Below are positions 17,884 through 28,055 of a stretch of DNA of 64,000 nucleotides, piece by piece (position 1 is the first letter of the stretch; every line of letters starts with the position of its first letter). The notes under the pieces were generated by a model. It saw only the letters and a program-made list of their open reading frames with translations. It ran no database searches and was not told the origin of the DNA. The stretch is from positions 56,733-120,732 of the forward strand of contig JACPNZ010000050.1 of the NCBI GenBank assembly GCA_016185245.1. Reading direction: 5' to 3'. Source of the stretch: Hyphomicrobiales bacterium (GTDB lineage Bacteria; Pseudomonadota; Alphaproteobacteria; Rhizobiales; Aestuariivirgaceae). A program made the position numbers and the translations under genes.

Positions 17884-18669
17884 TCAGCTGCCGCTGTCGG
17901 GAGCCTTGCTGGCGATGATCACCTTGATGCCGGCGTCCGCCATCATCTTGCGATTAGCCTCGGAGAGCCCATCATCGGTGATCAGCGTGTTGATGCGGGT
18001 GAGGTGCATGACCAGGTGCCTGGCCCTGAGGCCAAATTTCCGGCTGTCGGCGAGCACGATCACCTCGTCGGCCCGCGCCAGCAGCTTTTCGGTTTCACGC
18101 ACGATCAGGGGATGCGATTCGAACATGCCCGCCTGGGTGATCGCCTGGGCGCCGAGGAAGAATTTGGAGGCATAGAATTCCGGCGGCTCGCTGCTTGCGT
18201 CATAGAGCACGCCCGGCTCGCGATAGAGATCGCCGCCGGCGAGCGTCAGATGGCAGGAGCCGTTCTGCCACAGGGCGGCGGCGAGCGGCATCGAGTTGGT
18301 GTAGATGCGGACGTTGCGCCGCGCCAGCAGATTGGCGAACAAGTAGCAGGTGCTGCCGCCATGGATGATCAACGTGTCGCCGTCGCGCACCAGCCTGGCG
18401 GCTTCCTCGGCGATCGCCGTCTTGGCGGCAACACCCAGCATCTGGTTTTCCTCGAAGGGCCTTGCCGCCAGTCGGTCGCGGCCGGCCATGACGTCGGCGG
18501 CAATCCCGCCGAACACCTTGCGCACCGTTCCGACCGCATGGAGCTTGGCGATGTCGCGCAGGATGGTGGCGGGGGAAGCCTCGACCACGGCCTCGAGATC
18601 GCGCACCGAGGCGAAGGGCCGGTCCTTGAGGAAATTCAGCATCAGCTTGTGGCGCTCGATTTCTTTCAT
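17884..18669 (-). CDS. rhaR: DeoR-family transcriptional regulator (rhamnose-operon regulator type)
   Basis: DeoR HTH (RHKLMLNFLKDRPFASVRDLEAVVEASPATILRDI) plus a sugar-phosphate-binding C-terminal domain. ATG at 18669 follows an AGAGG SD. Divergent from the rhamnose transporter genes. Confidence 0.85.
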   Translation of the reverse strand: MKEIERHKLMLNFLKDRPFASVRDLEAVVEASPATILRDIAKLHAVGTVRKVFGGIAADVMAGRDRLAARPFEENQMLGVAAKTAIAEEAARLVRDGDTLIIHGGSTCYLFANLLARRNVRIYTNSMPLAAALWQNGSCHLTLAGGDLYREPGVLYDASSEPPEFYASKFFLGAQAITQAGMFESHPLIVRETEKLLARADEVIVLADSRKFGLRARHLVMHLTRINTLITDDGLSEANRKMMADAGIKVIIASKAPDSGS

Positions 18670-18679
18670 CGCCAACCTC

Positions 18680-18778
18680 TTGAGCAAACTTGATCAATTG
18701 TGCAGTGCAATAACCAGAAACTGGTCAAGAACATACTCACTTGACGTAATTTGCTCAATGGTGTTTTTTGTTGCTCAA
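18680..18778. promoter_or_regulatory. Repeated TTG(A/C)(G/T)CAA octamers, candidate DeoR operator set and rhaT promoter region
   Basis: TTGAGCAA at 18680-18687, TTGATCAA at 18690-18697, and TTGCTCAA at 18751-18758 and 18771-18778. Spacings are 10 bp and 20 bp. Confidence 0.4.
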
Positions 18779-18806
18779 CAACTAAGACGAGGCGTGTGGC
18801 GGACAG

Positions 18807-20362
<1,556 letters not shown>

Positions 20363-20366
<4 letters not shown>

Positions 20367-21343
20367 GCAACGCTGCCACGACCGTGCCGATCGGCCGTAC
20401 GCCCTTCCGCCGCTTTCTCGGCGGCTACGGCCAGGAGATTGTGGTGCTGTTGTCGATTGCGGCACTGTTCGCGGTGGTCGGCGCCGTCAATCAGCGTTTT
20501 CTGTCGGATAACAACATCAACGCCATCTTCGCCGGCAACGCCTATATCGCCATCGCCGCCATCGGCATGTCGATGGTGATCGTCTCCGGCCATATCGATG
20601 TCTCGGTCGGCTCGCTGATCGGCGTCATCGCCACCATGGCCGGAACATTGGCAGTCTCCGGGTACCCGGTGTGGATCGCCTGGGTCGCACCGATCCTCTT
20701 CGCCATCGCCGTCAACGCCGGAGTGGGGGCCCTCATCGCCTATACGCGGATCCCGTCGATCGTCGTCACCCTCGGCATGCTGTCGATCCTCAAGGGCGGG
20801 TTGATCAGCGTGACGGCGGGCGCCTGGATCACCAACCTGCCGGCAGAGTTCATGATCGCCCAGATGCGGCCCTTCGGCATTCCCTCGGCCGTCTGGTTCA
20901 TGGTCGGGCTGACCGTCATCGCGGCACTCTTCATGCGCTACACCGACTTCGGCCGCGCCATCTATGCGGTGGGCGGCAACATCGAGGCTGCCCGCGCCGC
21001 CGGCCTCAACCCCGAGCGTACTGTCGTCGGCGTCTTTGCCCTGCACGGCTTCTTTGCCGGGATCGCCGGCATCCTGTTCGCCACGCAATTGCAGGTCATT
21101 CAGTCGACGGTGCCGCCCAATCTCGAACTGACCGTAATTACCGCTTCGGTGATCGGCGGCGTGTCGATCCTCGGCGGCACCGGCACGGTGATCGGCTCGA
21201 CGCTCGCCGCCATCCTCTTCGCCTGCATCGGCTCGGCACTGATCTTCCTCAACGTCTCGGCCTATTGGCTGCGCGCCGTATTGGGCCTGATGATTCTTGC
21301 AACCGTCTTGGCCGACATGGCCAGGCGCCGGAGGGCCAGATGA
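20363..21343 (+). CDS. rhaP: Sugar ABC transporter permease (RbsC-like)
   Basis: 326-aa polytopic protein. ATGA overlap with the rhaT stop. Confidence 0.85.
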
Positions 21344-22284
21344 CCGCCGCGCGGCTCCTTCGCCACGAGACCATCCTGGCCATCCTGACGGTGCTGGCGC
21401 TGATCGTGCTGGCCAATCTTTCCGACAAGTTCTTCACCGCCGAGAACCTGCTGAACCAGGGCCGGCTGATGTCGGAGGTGGGCCTGGTGGCGCTCGCCAT
21501 GACCTTCGTCATCGTCACCGGCGGCATCGACCTGTCGGTGGGCTCGATCCTCGGCATGACGGCGATCCTGCTCGGCGTCTTCTGGCAGAATGTTGGGCTG
21601 CCGCTGCCTCTTGCCATGGTGGCGGCACTTTTGTGTGGTACACTGGCAGGTTTAGGCAATGGTCTGATCATCACCCGCTTCAAGGTGCCGCCGCTGATCG
21701 CCACACTCGCCACCCTCGCGCTCTATCGCGGTCTTGCCGAAGGCATCAGCCAGGCCCGCTCGGTGCGCGGCTACCCCGAATGGTTCTTCTATTTCGGCCA
21801 GGGCGAATTGCTCGGCGTGCCGTTCCAGCTCTGGCTCTTGGGCCTGCTGACGACAATCGCCGGCGTCATCCTCGGGCTCACCACCTTCGGCCGCGCCACC
21901 TATGCGGTCGGCGCCAACGAGACGGCGGCGCGCTTTTCGGGGATAAGGGTCGATGCCACCAAGCTGTGGATCTATACCGCCGCCGGATTTCTCGCCGGTC
22001 TTGCCGCCGTCATCTTCGTGTCGCGGGTGACCACCACCCGCTCCGACATGGGCACCGGGCTCGAGCTCGACGTGATCACCGGCGTCGTTCTCGGCGGCAC
22101 CAGCATCTTCGGCGGCAAGGGCACCATTGTCGGGACGGCACTGGGCCTTATACTCATTCAGGCTCTGAAGAACGGCCTGGCCCTCTCGGGGGTCAAGGGC
22201 GACGGTACCATCGTCGTTATCGGCGTGGTGCTGATCGCGGCCATCCTTGCAGGAGCGCTATTCGACAGAAACAGGGGCGGCTGA
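21340..22284 (+). CDS. rhaQ: Sugar ABC transporter permease (RbsC-like)
   Basis: 314-aa polytopic protein. ATGA overlap with the upstream permease gene. Confidence 0.85.
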   Translation: MTAARLLRHETILAILTVLALIVLANLSDKFFTAENLLNQGRLMSEVGLVALAMTFVIVTGGIDLSVGSILGMTAILLGVFWQNVGLPLPLAMVAALLCGTLAGLGNGLIITRFKVPPLIATLATLALYRGLAEGISQARSVRGYPEWFFYFGQGELLGVPFQLWLLGLLTTIAGVILGLTTFGRATYAVGANETAARFSGIRVDATKLWIYTAAGFLAGLAAVIFVSRVTTTRSDMGTGLELDVITGVVLGGTSIFGGKGTIVGTALGLILIQALKNGLALSGVKGDGTIVVIGVVLIAAILAGALFDRNRGG

Positions 22285-22344
22285 TTTGGGAGGACCTCCG
22301 GGCATGCCGGCCGCCACCGGCCCCGGTCAAAAAGGAGTAGGACC

Positions 22345-23454
22345 ATGAGGAAACTGACGTTAGCTGCGGCGCTGTTGGGCTTCGGCCTGATGAGCGGCAC
22401 GGCTTTGGCCGGCTCGGCCTGGACCGGCGGCGATGACCAGGCAACCAACCCGCTCGCCTGCGATGCGACCCCGGCGGCGGCCGCCGCCAAGGACTATGAC
22501 GGCGGCTCGCCCACCGGTGCACCCGATCGCGCCGGCAAGCCGATCAAGGTGGTTGACGTGCCGAAGCTGATCGGCATCGGCTACTTCAACGCCACTACCA
22601 AGGGCATCCTCGACGCCGCCAAGGAACTGGGCAACGTCGACGCCAAAACCGACGGCCCGACCAAGGCCAACATCGACGAGCAGATCACCTTCATCGACAA
22701 CTACATCACCTCGGGCGTCGACGGCATCCTGTTCGCCGCCAACGATCCGGTGGCGATCGCCCCGGTGTTGAAGAAGGCCCTGTACAAAGGCATCAATGTG
22801 GTAGGCTACGACGCCAACTCGACCCCCGACGCCCGCCAGTGGTTCGTCAACCAGGCCCAGTTCAACGGCATCGGCAAGGCGCTGATCGACGACATGGCCA
22901 AGGAGATCGGCGAGGAGGGTTCCTTCGCCATCGTCACCTCGACCTTCACCACGCCCAACCAGGCGCGCTGGATCGCCGAGATGTCGGCCTATGCCGCCGC
23001 CTGCCATCCCAAGATGAAGTGGCTGGAAACCGTCGAGGCCCAGGAGGACAACAATTTGTCCTTCAACCAGGCGACCACCCTCATCAACAAGTATGGCGAC
23101 GAGCTGAAGGGCATCTTCGGCATGACCTCGGTGGCGACTCCCGCTTCGGCCGAAGCCGTCACCCAGGCCGGCAAGTGCGGCAAGATCGCGGTCGTCGGCC
23201 TTGCCACGCCCAACGCTATGAAACCCTATGTCGCCAAGGACTGCGTCAAGTCGGTGGTGCTGTGGAACCCCGTCGATCTCGGTTATGCCGCGATGATGGT
23301 GCTGCGCGCCGTCGCCGACGGCACGCTGAAGCCCGGTGCGACCAGCGTCAAGGCCGGCAAGCTCGGTGACCTGCAGGTGATCAACGGCTCCGAGATCCTG
23401 CTCGGCGCTCCCTACACCTTCACCAAGGACAACATCGGCCAGTTCGACTTCTGA
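22345..23454 (+). CDS. rhaS: Rhamnose-type ABC transporter periplasmic binding protein
   Basis: 369 aa with a Sec signal (MRKLTLAAALLGFGLMSGTALA). Periplasmic-binding-protein type I fold blocks. AAGGAG SD. Confidence 0.85.
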   Translation: MRKLTLAAALLGFGLMSGTALAGSAWTGGDDQATNPLACDATPAAAAAKDYDGGSPTGAPDRAGKPIKVVDVPKLIGIGYFNATTKGILDAAKELGNVDAKTDGPTKANIDEQITFIDNYITSGVDGILFAANDPVAIAPVLKKALYKGINVVGYDANSTPDARQWFVNQAQFNGIGKALIDDMAKEIGEEGSFAIVTSTFTTPNQARWIAEMSAYAAACHPKMKWLETVEAQEDNNLSFNQATTLINKYGDELKGIFGMTSVATPASAEAVTQAGKCGKIAVVGLATPNAMKPYVAKDCVKSVVLWNPVDLGYAAMMVLRAVADGTLKPGATSVKAGKLGDLQVINGSEILLGAPYTFTKDNIGQFDF

Positions 23455-23470
23455 TCCAACACACAACGAT

Positions 23471-23496
23471 GCGCGCCCGAAACGGTTCGGGCGCGC
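23471..23496 (+). terminator. Intercistronic stem-loop after the binding-protein gene
   Basis: Perfect 11-bp inverted repeat GCGCGCCCGAA / TTCGGGCGCGC with a 4-nt loop. No U-tract follows. Confidence 0.5.
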
Positions 23497-23521
23497 GTCT
23501 CCTGCCATTCGCTATGCGAGA

Positions 23522-25597
23522 ATGTCCATGAGCAATTCGGTGACCGTTCCTTCCCTGTGGGACGACGCAAAGGCCGCAAGTCTCGACGAGCCGGGCCTCT
23601 TGCTCTACCGCTCCAATCTTCTGGGAGCCGATCTGCGCATCACCAATTTTGGCGGCGGCAACACCTCCGCCAAGGTCGCGGCGAAGGACCCGCTGACGGG
23701 GAGGCCGGTGACGGTCCTGTGGGTCAAGGGTTCCGGCGGCGACATCGGCTCGATGAAGCTCGACGGCTTTGCCACCCTCTATCTCGACAAGCTCGAATCT
23801 CTCAAGGGCCTCTACAAGGATATCTCGCAGGAAGACGAGATGGTGCATAATCTCAATCACTGCACCTTCGATCTCAATCCGCGGGCCGCCTCGATCGACA
23901 CCTGCCTGCACGGCTATGTGCCCTACCGCCACGTCGACCATGTCCATTCCGATGCGGTCATCGCCATTGCCGCGGCAAAGGACTCCGAGAAGCTGACCAA
24001 GGAAGTCTTCGGCAATGAAATGGGCTATCTGCCCTGGCAGCGCCCCGGCATCGATCTCGGCATCAAGCTCGGCCGGATGGCAGAAGAGCACCCGGAATAT
24101 GTCGGCGTGGTGCTGGGGAGCCACGGCCTCTTCACCTGGGCCAATGACGCCAGGAGCTGCTACGACACGACGCTGCGCATCATCAACAAGGCGGCCACCT
24201 GGCTGGAGCGCACTCGCCGGAAGCCCGCTTTCGGCGGCGAAGCGGTGACGGCGCTCACCGACGCCGAGCGCCAGGCCGCCGCTTTGCACCTCATGCCGGA
24301 AATCCGCGGGCGCATTTCCAAACACGAGATGAAGACCGGACATTTCGCCGATGCACCCGAGGTACTCGAATTCGTCAACTCGCGCGAGCTTGAAACTCTT
24401 GCACCTCTCGGCACCTCCTGCCCCGATCACTTCCTGAGAACCAAGATCCGGCCGCTGATCGTGCCCCACGATGCCGACGCCGCCACCCTCGACCGGCTGA
24501 TCGACGGCTACCGCAAGGACTATGGGGCCTATTACGAGGCCTGCAAACATTCCAATTCGCCGGCCATGCGCGATCCCAATGCGGTCATTTTTCTGGTACC
24601 CCGCGTCGGCCTGTTCTCCTTCGCCAAGGACAAGGCCACGGCCCGCATCGCCGCCGAATTCTACGTGAACGCCATCAACGTCATGCGCGGCGCCAATGGC
24701 GTGTCGGCCTATGTGGGGCTTCCTGCCCAGGAGGCCTTCAACATCGAATACTGGCTGCTCGAGGAGGCGAAACTTCAGCGCCTGCCGAAGCCGAAGAGTC
24801 TGGCAGGGCGCGTCGGGCTGGTGACCGGCGGGGCCGGCGGCATCGGCTCGGCGATTGCGGCGAAGCTCCTGTCGGAAGGGGCCTGCGTGGTCCTCGCCGA
24901 CATCGACAAGGCCTCGCTTGACGAAACCGTCGCAAGTTTCGCCGGAACCTACGGCAAGGACGCTGTGCGGGGCATCGTCGTCGATGTCACCAGCGAGCAG
25001 GCGGTGATCGATGGTGTAACCGCAGCCATTCTCGCCTTCGGCGGCCTCGACATCGTGGTCAACAATGCCGGCATCACCATCGCGGCTGCGGTCGAGGATA
25101 CAACCCTTGAGCTGTGGAACAAGAACATGGCGATCCTCGGCACCGGCTATTTCCTGGTGGCGCGCGAAGGCTACCGGCTGATGAAGCGCCAGGGGGTGGG
25201 CGGCGCCATGGTGTTCATCGGCTCGAAGAACGGCGTCACCGCCTCGCCCGGCGCTTCCGCCTATTGCTCGGTCAAGGCGGCGGAGATCCAGCTTGCCCGC
25301 TGCATGGCGCTGGAGGGAGCCCCCATGGGCATTAGGGTCAATGTGGTGAACCCCGACGCGGTCCTGCGCGGCTCCAAAATCTGGCAGGGGCCGTGGCGCC
25401 AGCAGCGTGCGGCTTCCCTCAAGATTGGCGAGGACGAGCTCGAAGAGCATTACCGCAAGCGCTCGCTGTTGCAGCGCTCGGTCTACCCGGAAGACATCGC
25501 CGAGGCCGTCTATTTCTTCGCCAGCGATCTCTCGGCCAAGTCGACCGGTAATTTCCTTAATGTCGATGCCGGCAATGCCGCCGCCTTCACGAGATAG
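23522..25597 (+). CDS. rhaD: Bifunctional rhamnulose-1-phosphate aldolase / short-chain (lactaldehyde) dehydrogenase
   Basis: 691 aa. N-terminal class II aldolase/adducin domain fused to a C-terminal SDR (TGGAGGIGSAIA, YCSVKAA). Confidence 0.9.
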   Translation: MSMSNSVTVPSLWDDAKAASLDEPGLLLYRSNLLGADLRITNFGGGNTSAKVAAKDPLTGRPVTVLWVKGSGGDIGSMKLDGFATLYLDKLESLKGLYKDISQEDEMVHNLNHCTFDLNPRAASIDTCLHGYVPYRHVDHVHSDAVIAIAAAKDSEKLTKEVFGNEMGYLPWQRPGIDLGIKLGRMAEEHPEYVGVVLGSHGLFTWANDARSCYDTTLRIINKAATWLERTRRKPAFGGEAVTALTDAERQAAALHLMPEIRGRISKHEMKTGHFADAPEVLEFVNSRELETLAPLGTSCPDHFLRTKIRPLIVPHDADAATLDRLIDGYRKDYGAYYEACKHSNSPAMRDPNAVIFLVPRVGLFSFAKDKATARIAAEFYVNAINVMRGANGVSAYVGLPAQEAFNIEYWLLEEAKLQRLPKPKSLAGRVGLVTGGAGGIGSAIAAKLLSEGACVVLADIDKASLDETVASFAGTYGKDAVRGIVVDVTSEQAVIDGVTAAILAFGGLDIVVNNAGITIAAAVEDTTLELWNKNMAILGTGYFLVAREGYRLMKRQGVGGAMVFIGSKNGVTASPGASAYCSVKAAEIQLARCMALEGAPMGIRVNVVNPDAVLRGSKIWQGPWRQQRAASLKIGEDELEEHYRKRSLLQRSVYPEDIAEAVYFFASDLSAKSTGNFLNVDAGNAAAFTR

Positions 25598-25600
25598 ACC

Positions 25601-26893
25601 ATGAGCTTTTCGATCTCCGCCGATTTCATCGGCCAGGAAAATCGCCAGGCGGAGGCAGCCCTCGCCGAGGACTTCCATCACCTCGGCCGCCAGCTCGCAA
25701 GGCGCGGCCTCGACATCGAGGCGACGACCAGGCGCGCCATGGACTATGCCGTCGCCGTACCGACCTGGGGGGTGGGTACCGGCGGCACGCGCTTTGCCCG
25801 TTTCCCCGGGCCGGGGGAACCGCGCAATATCTACGACAAGCTCGAAGACTGCGGCGTCATCAACCAGCTGTCACGCGCTACACCCAATGTCTCGCCGCAT
25901 TTTCCCTGGGACAAGGTTTCCGACTATTCGGCACTCCGCCAGCAGGCGGCCTCCCATGCACTCGGTTTCGATGCGGTCAACTCCAACACTTTCCAGGACC
26001 AGCCAGGCCAGAAGCACTCCTACAAGTTCGGCTCCCTCACCCATGCCGACAAGGCGGCGCGGCGCCAGGCCGTCGAGCACAATCTCGAATGCATCGAAAT
26101 CGGCCAGCGCCTGGGCTCCACGGCGCTCACCGTGTGGATCGCCGACGGCTCCAATTTCCCTGGCCAGAGCAACTTCACCGCCGCCTTCGACCGCTATATC
26201 GAATCGCTTTCCGAGATCTACGCAGGCCTTCCCAAGAACTGGCTGGTCTTCCTTGAGCACAAACTCTACGAGCCCGCCTTCTACGCGACGGTCATTTCCG
26301 ACTGGGGCTCCAATTTCATGGCAGCGAGCGAACTGGGTCCCAAGGCCAAATGCCTGGTCGACCTCGGCCACCATGCGCCCAACACCAACATCGAGCAGAT
26401 CGTGGCGCGGCTGATCCGGGCGAAAAAGCTCGCAGGCTTCCACTTCAACGATTCGAAATACGGCGACGACGATCTCGATTCGGGCTCGGTCGATCCCTTC
26501 CGCCTGTTTCTCGTCTTCAACGAACTGGTCGATGCCGAAATGCGGCATGCGCCCGATTTCGCGCCGGCCTACATGATCGACCAGTCGCACAATGTGACCG
26601 ACCCGATCGAAAGCCTGATCGGTTCGGCGATCGAAATCCTTCGCGCCTATGTGCAGGCCTCGCTCGTCGACCGGGCGGCGCTGCGGGCGGCCCAGGAGGC
26701 GAGCGACGCGATGGCCGGACACCGGCTGATCAAGCAGGCCTACACGACCGACGTCGCGCCGATTCTCGCCGAGGCCCGCCGCCGCAAGGGCGGCGCCATC
26801 GATCCGATTGCGGTTTACCGCGCCTCGGGCTACAGGGCGGAGAAGGCCAGGGAGCGCCCGTCCTCGGGTGCCGTGGCGGCGGGAATAGTCTAG
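25601..26893 (+). CDS. rhaI: L-rhamnose isomerase (Pseudomonas stutzeri / Rhizobium type)
   Basis: 430 aa xylose-isomerase-like TIM barrel with typical blocks (WGVGTGGTRFARF, DLGHHAPNTNIEQIV, FHFNDSKYGDDDL). Confidence 0.9.
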   Translation: MSFSISADFIGQENRQAEAALAEDFHHLGRQLARRGLDIEATTRRAMDYAVAVPTWGVGTGGTRFARFPGPGEPRNIYDKLEDCGVINQLSRATPNVSPHFPWDKVSDYSALRQQAASHALGFDAVNSNTFQDQPGQKHSYKFGSLTHADKAARRQAVEHNLECIEIGQRLGSTALTVWIADGSNFPGQSNFTAAFDRYIESLSEIYAGLPKNWLVFLEHKLYEPAFYATVISDWGSNFMAASELGPKAKCLVDLGHHAPNTNIEQIVARLIRAKKLAGFHFNDSKYGDDDLDSGSVDPFRLFLVFNELVDAEMRHAPDFAPAYMIDQSHNVTDPIESLIGSAIEILRAYVQASLVDRAALRAAQEASDAMAGHRLIKQAYTTDVAPILAEARRRKGGAIDPIAVYRASGYRAEKARERPSSGAVAAGIV

Positions 26894-26896
26894 GCG

Positions 26897-28036
26897 ATGG
26901 GCCATATCCTCGAAATCAGGGACCTGCAGGAGCTGGCCAAGCGGCGCGTGCCGCGCATGTTTTACGACTATGCCGATTCCGGTGCCTATAGCGAAGGCAC
27001 CTATCGCGCCAATGAGGAGGACTTCCGGAAGATAATCCTCCGCCAACGCGTCGCCGTCAACATCGCCGACCGCTCGCTGAGGAGCGACATGGTGGGCGAG
27101 AAGGTGGCTATGCCGGTCGCTCTGGCGCCGACCGGGTTGACCGGCATGCAGCATGCCGACGGTGAAATCCTCGCCGCCCGGGCGGCGCTGAAATTCGGCG
27201 TGCCCTTCACCCTTTCGACCATGAGCATCTGCTCGATCGAGGATGTGGCGGAAGCGACCGGCAAACCTTTCTGGTTCCAGCTCTACGTGATGCGCGACCG
27301 CTCCTTCGTCGAGAACCTGATCGATCGCGCCAAGGCCGCGAATTGCTCGGCCCTGGTGCTGACCCTGGATTTGCAGATACTCGGCCAGCGCCACAAGGAT
27401 ATCCGTAACGGCCTGTCGGCGCCGCCGCGGCTCACCATTCTCAATCTCATCGACATGGCGCTGCATCCGCGCTGGTGCCTGGGGATGCTCGGTACGAAGC
27501 GCCGGACCTTCCGCAACATCGTCGGCCACGCCAAGGGTGTAGGCGATCTCGCCTCGCTTTCTTCCTGGACCACCGAGCAGTTCGATCCCAACCTCGGCTG
27601 GGACGATGTCGCCTGGGTTCGCAAGCGCTGGGACGGCAAGCTGATCCTCAAGGGCATTCTCGATGCCGAGGACGCGCGCGCCGCCGCCGGCACCGGCGCC
27701 GACGCGATCATCGTGTCGAACCACGGCGGCCGCCAGCTCGATGGCGCCCCGTCATCGATCTGGGCTTTGCCGAGGATCGTCGATGCGGTGGCAGGCAAGA
27801 TCGAAGTGCATTTCGACGGCGGCATCCGCTCGGGGCAAGACGTGCTGAAGGCCCTTTGCCTCGGCGCCCATGGAACCTATATCGGCCGGGCCTTTCTCTA
27901 TGGTCTGGCCGCCATGGGCGAAGCCGGTGTCAGCAAGGCCCTCGAGATTATCGCCAAGGAACTCGAGATCACCATGGCGCTGTGCGGCGAGAACGACGTC
28001 ACGAAGCTTGGCCGTCACAATCTGGTGGCGACGTAA
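26897..28036 (+). CDS. lldD: FMN-dependent alpha-hydroxy-acid (L-lactate) dehydrogenase
   Basis: 379 aa with glycolate-oxidase/LldD family blocks (FWFQLYV, SNHGGRQLDG, GGIRSGQDVLKAL). Confidence 0.85.
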   Translation: MGHILEIRDLQELAKRRVPRMFYDYADSGAYSEGTYRANEEDFRKIILRQRVAVNIADRSLRSDMVGEKVAMPVALAPTGLTGMQHADGEILAARAALKFGVPFTLSTMSICSIEDVAEATGKPFWFQLYVMRDRSFVENLIDRAKAANCSALVLTLDLQILGQRHKDIRNGLSAPPRLTILNLIDMALHPRWCLGMLGTKRRTFRNIVGHAKGVGDLASLSSWTTEQFDPNLGWDDVAWVRKRWDGKLILKGILDAEDARAAAGTGADAIIVSNHGGRQLDGAPSSIWALPRIVDAVAGKIEVHFDGGIRSGQDVLKALCLGAHGTYIGRAFLYGLAAMGEAGVSKALEIIAKELEITMALCGENDVTKLGRHNLVAT

Positions 28037-28055
28037 CAAGGCCCGGGAGGCAAGC

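Noticed and set aside
23420-25681. 753-aa ORF on the - strand
   Set aside because: Antisense to rhaD. Same high-GC antisense composition, with no recognisable domains.
25871-27724. 617-aa ORF on the - strand
   Set aside because: Antisense to rhaI and lldD, both of which have clear family motifs on the + strand.
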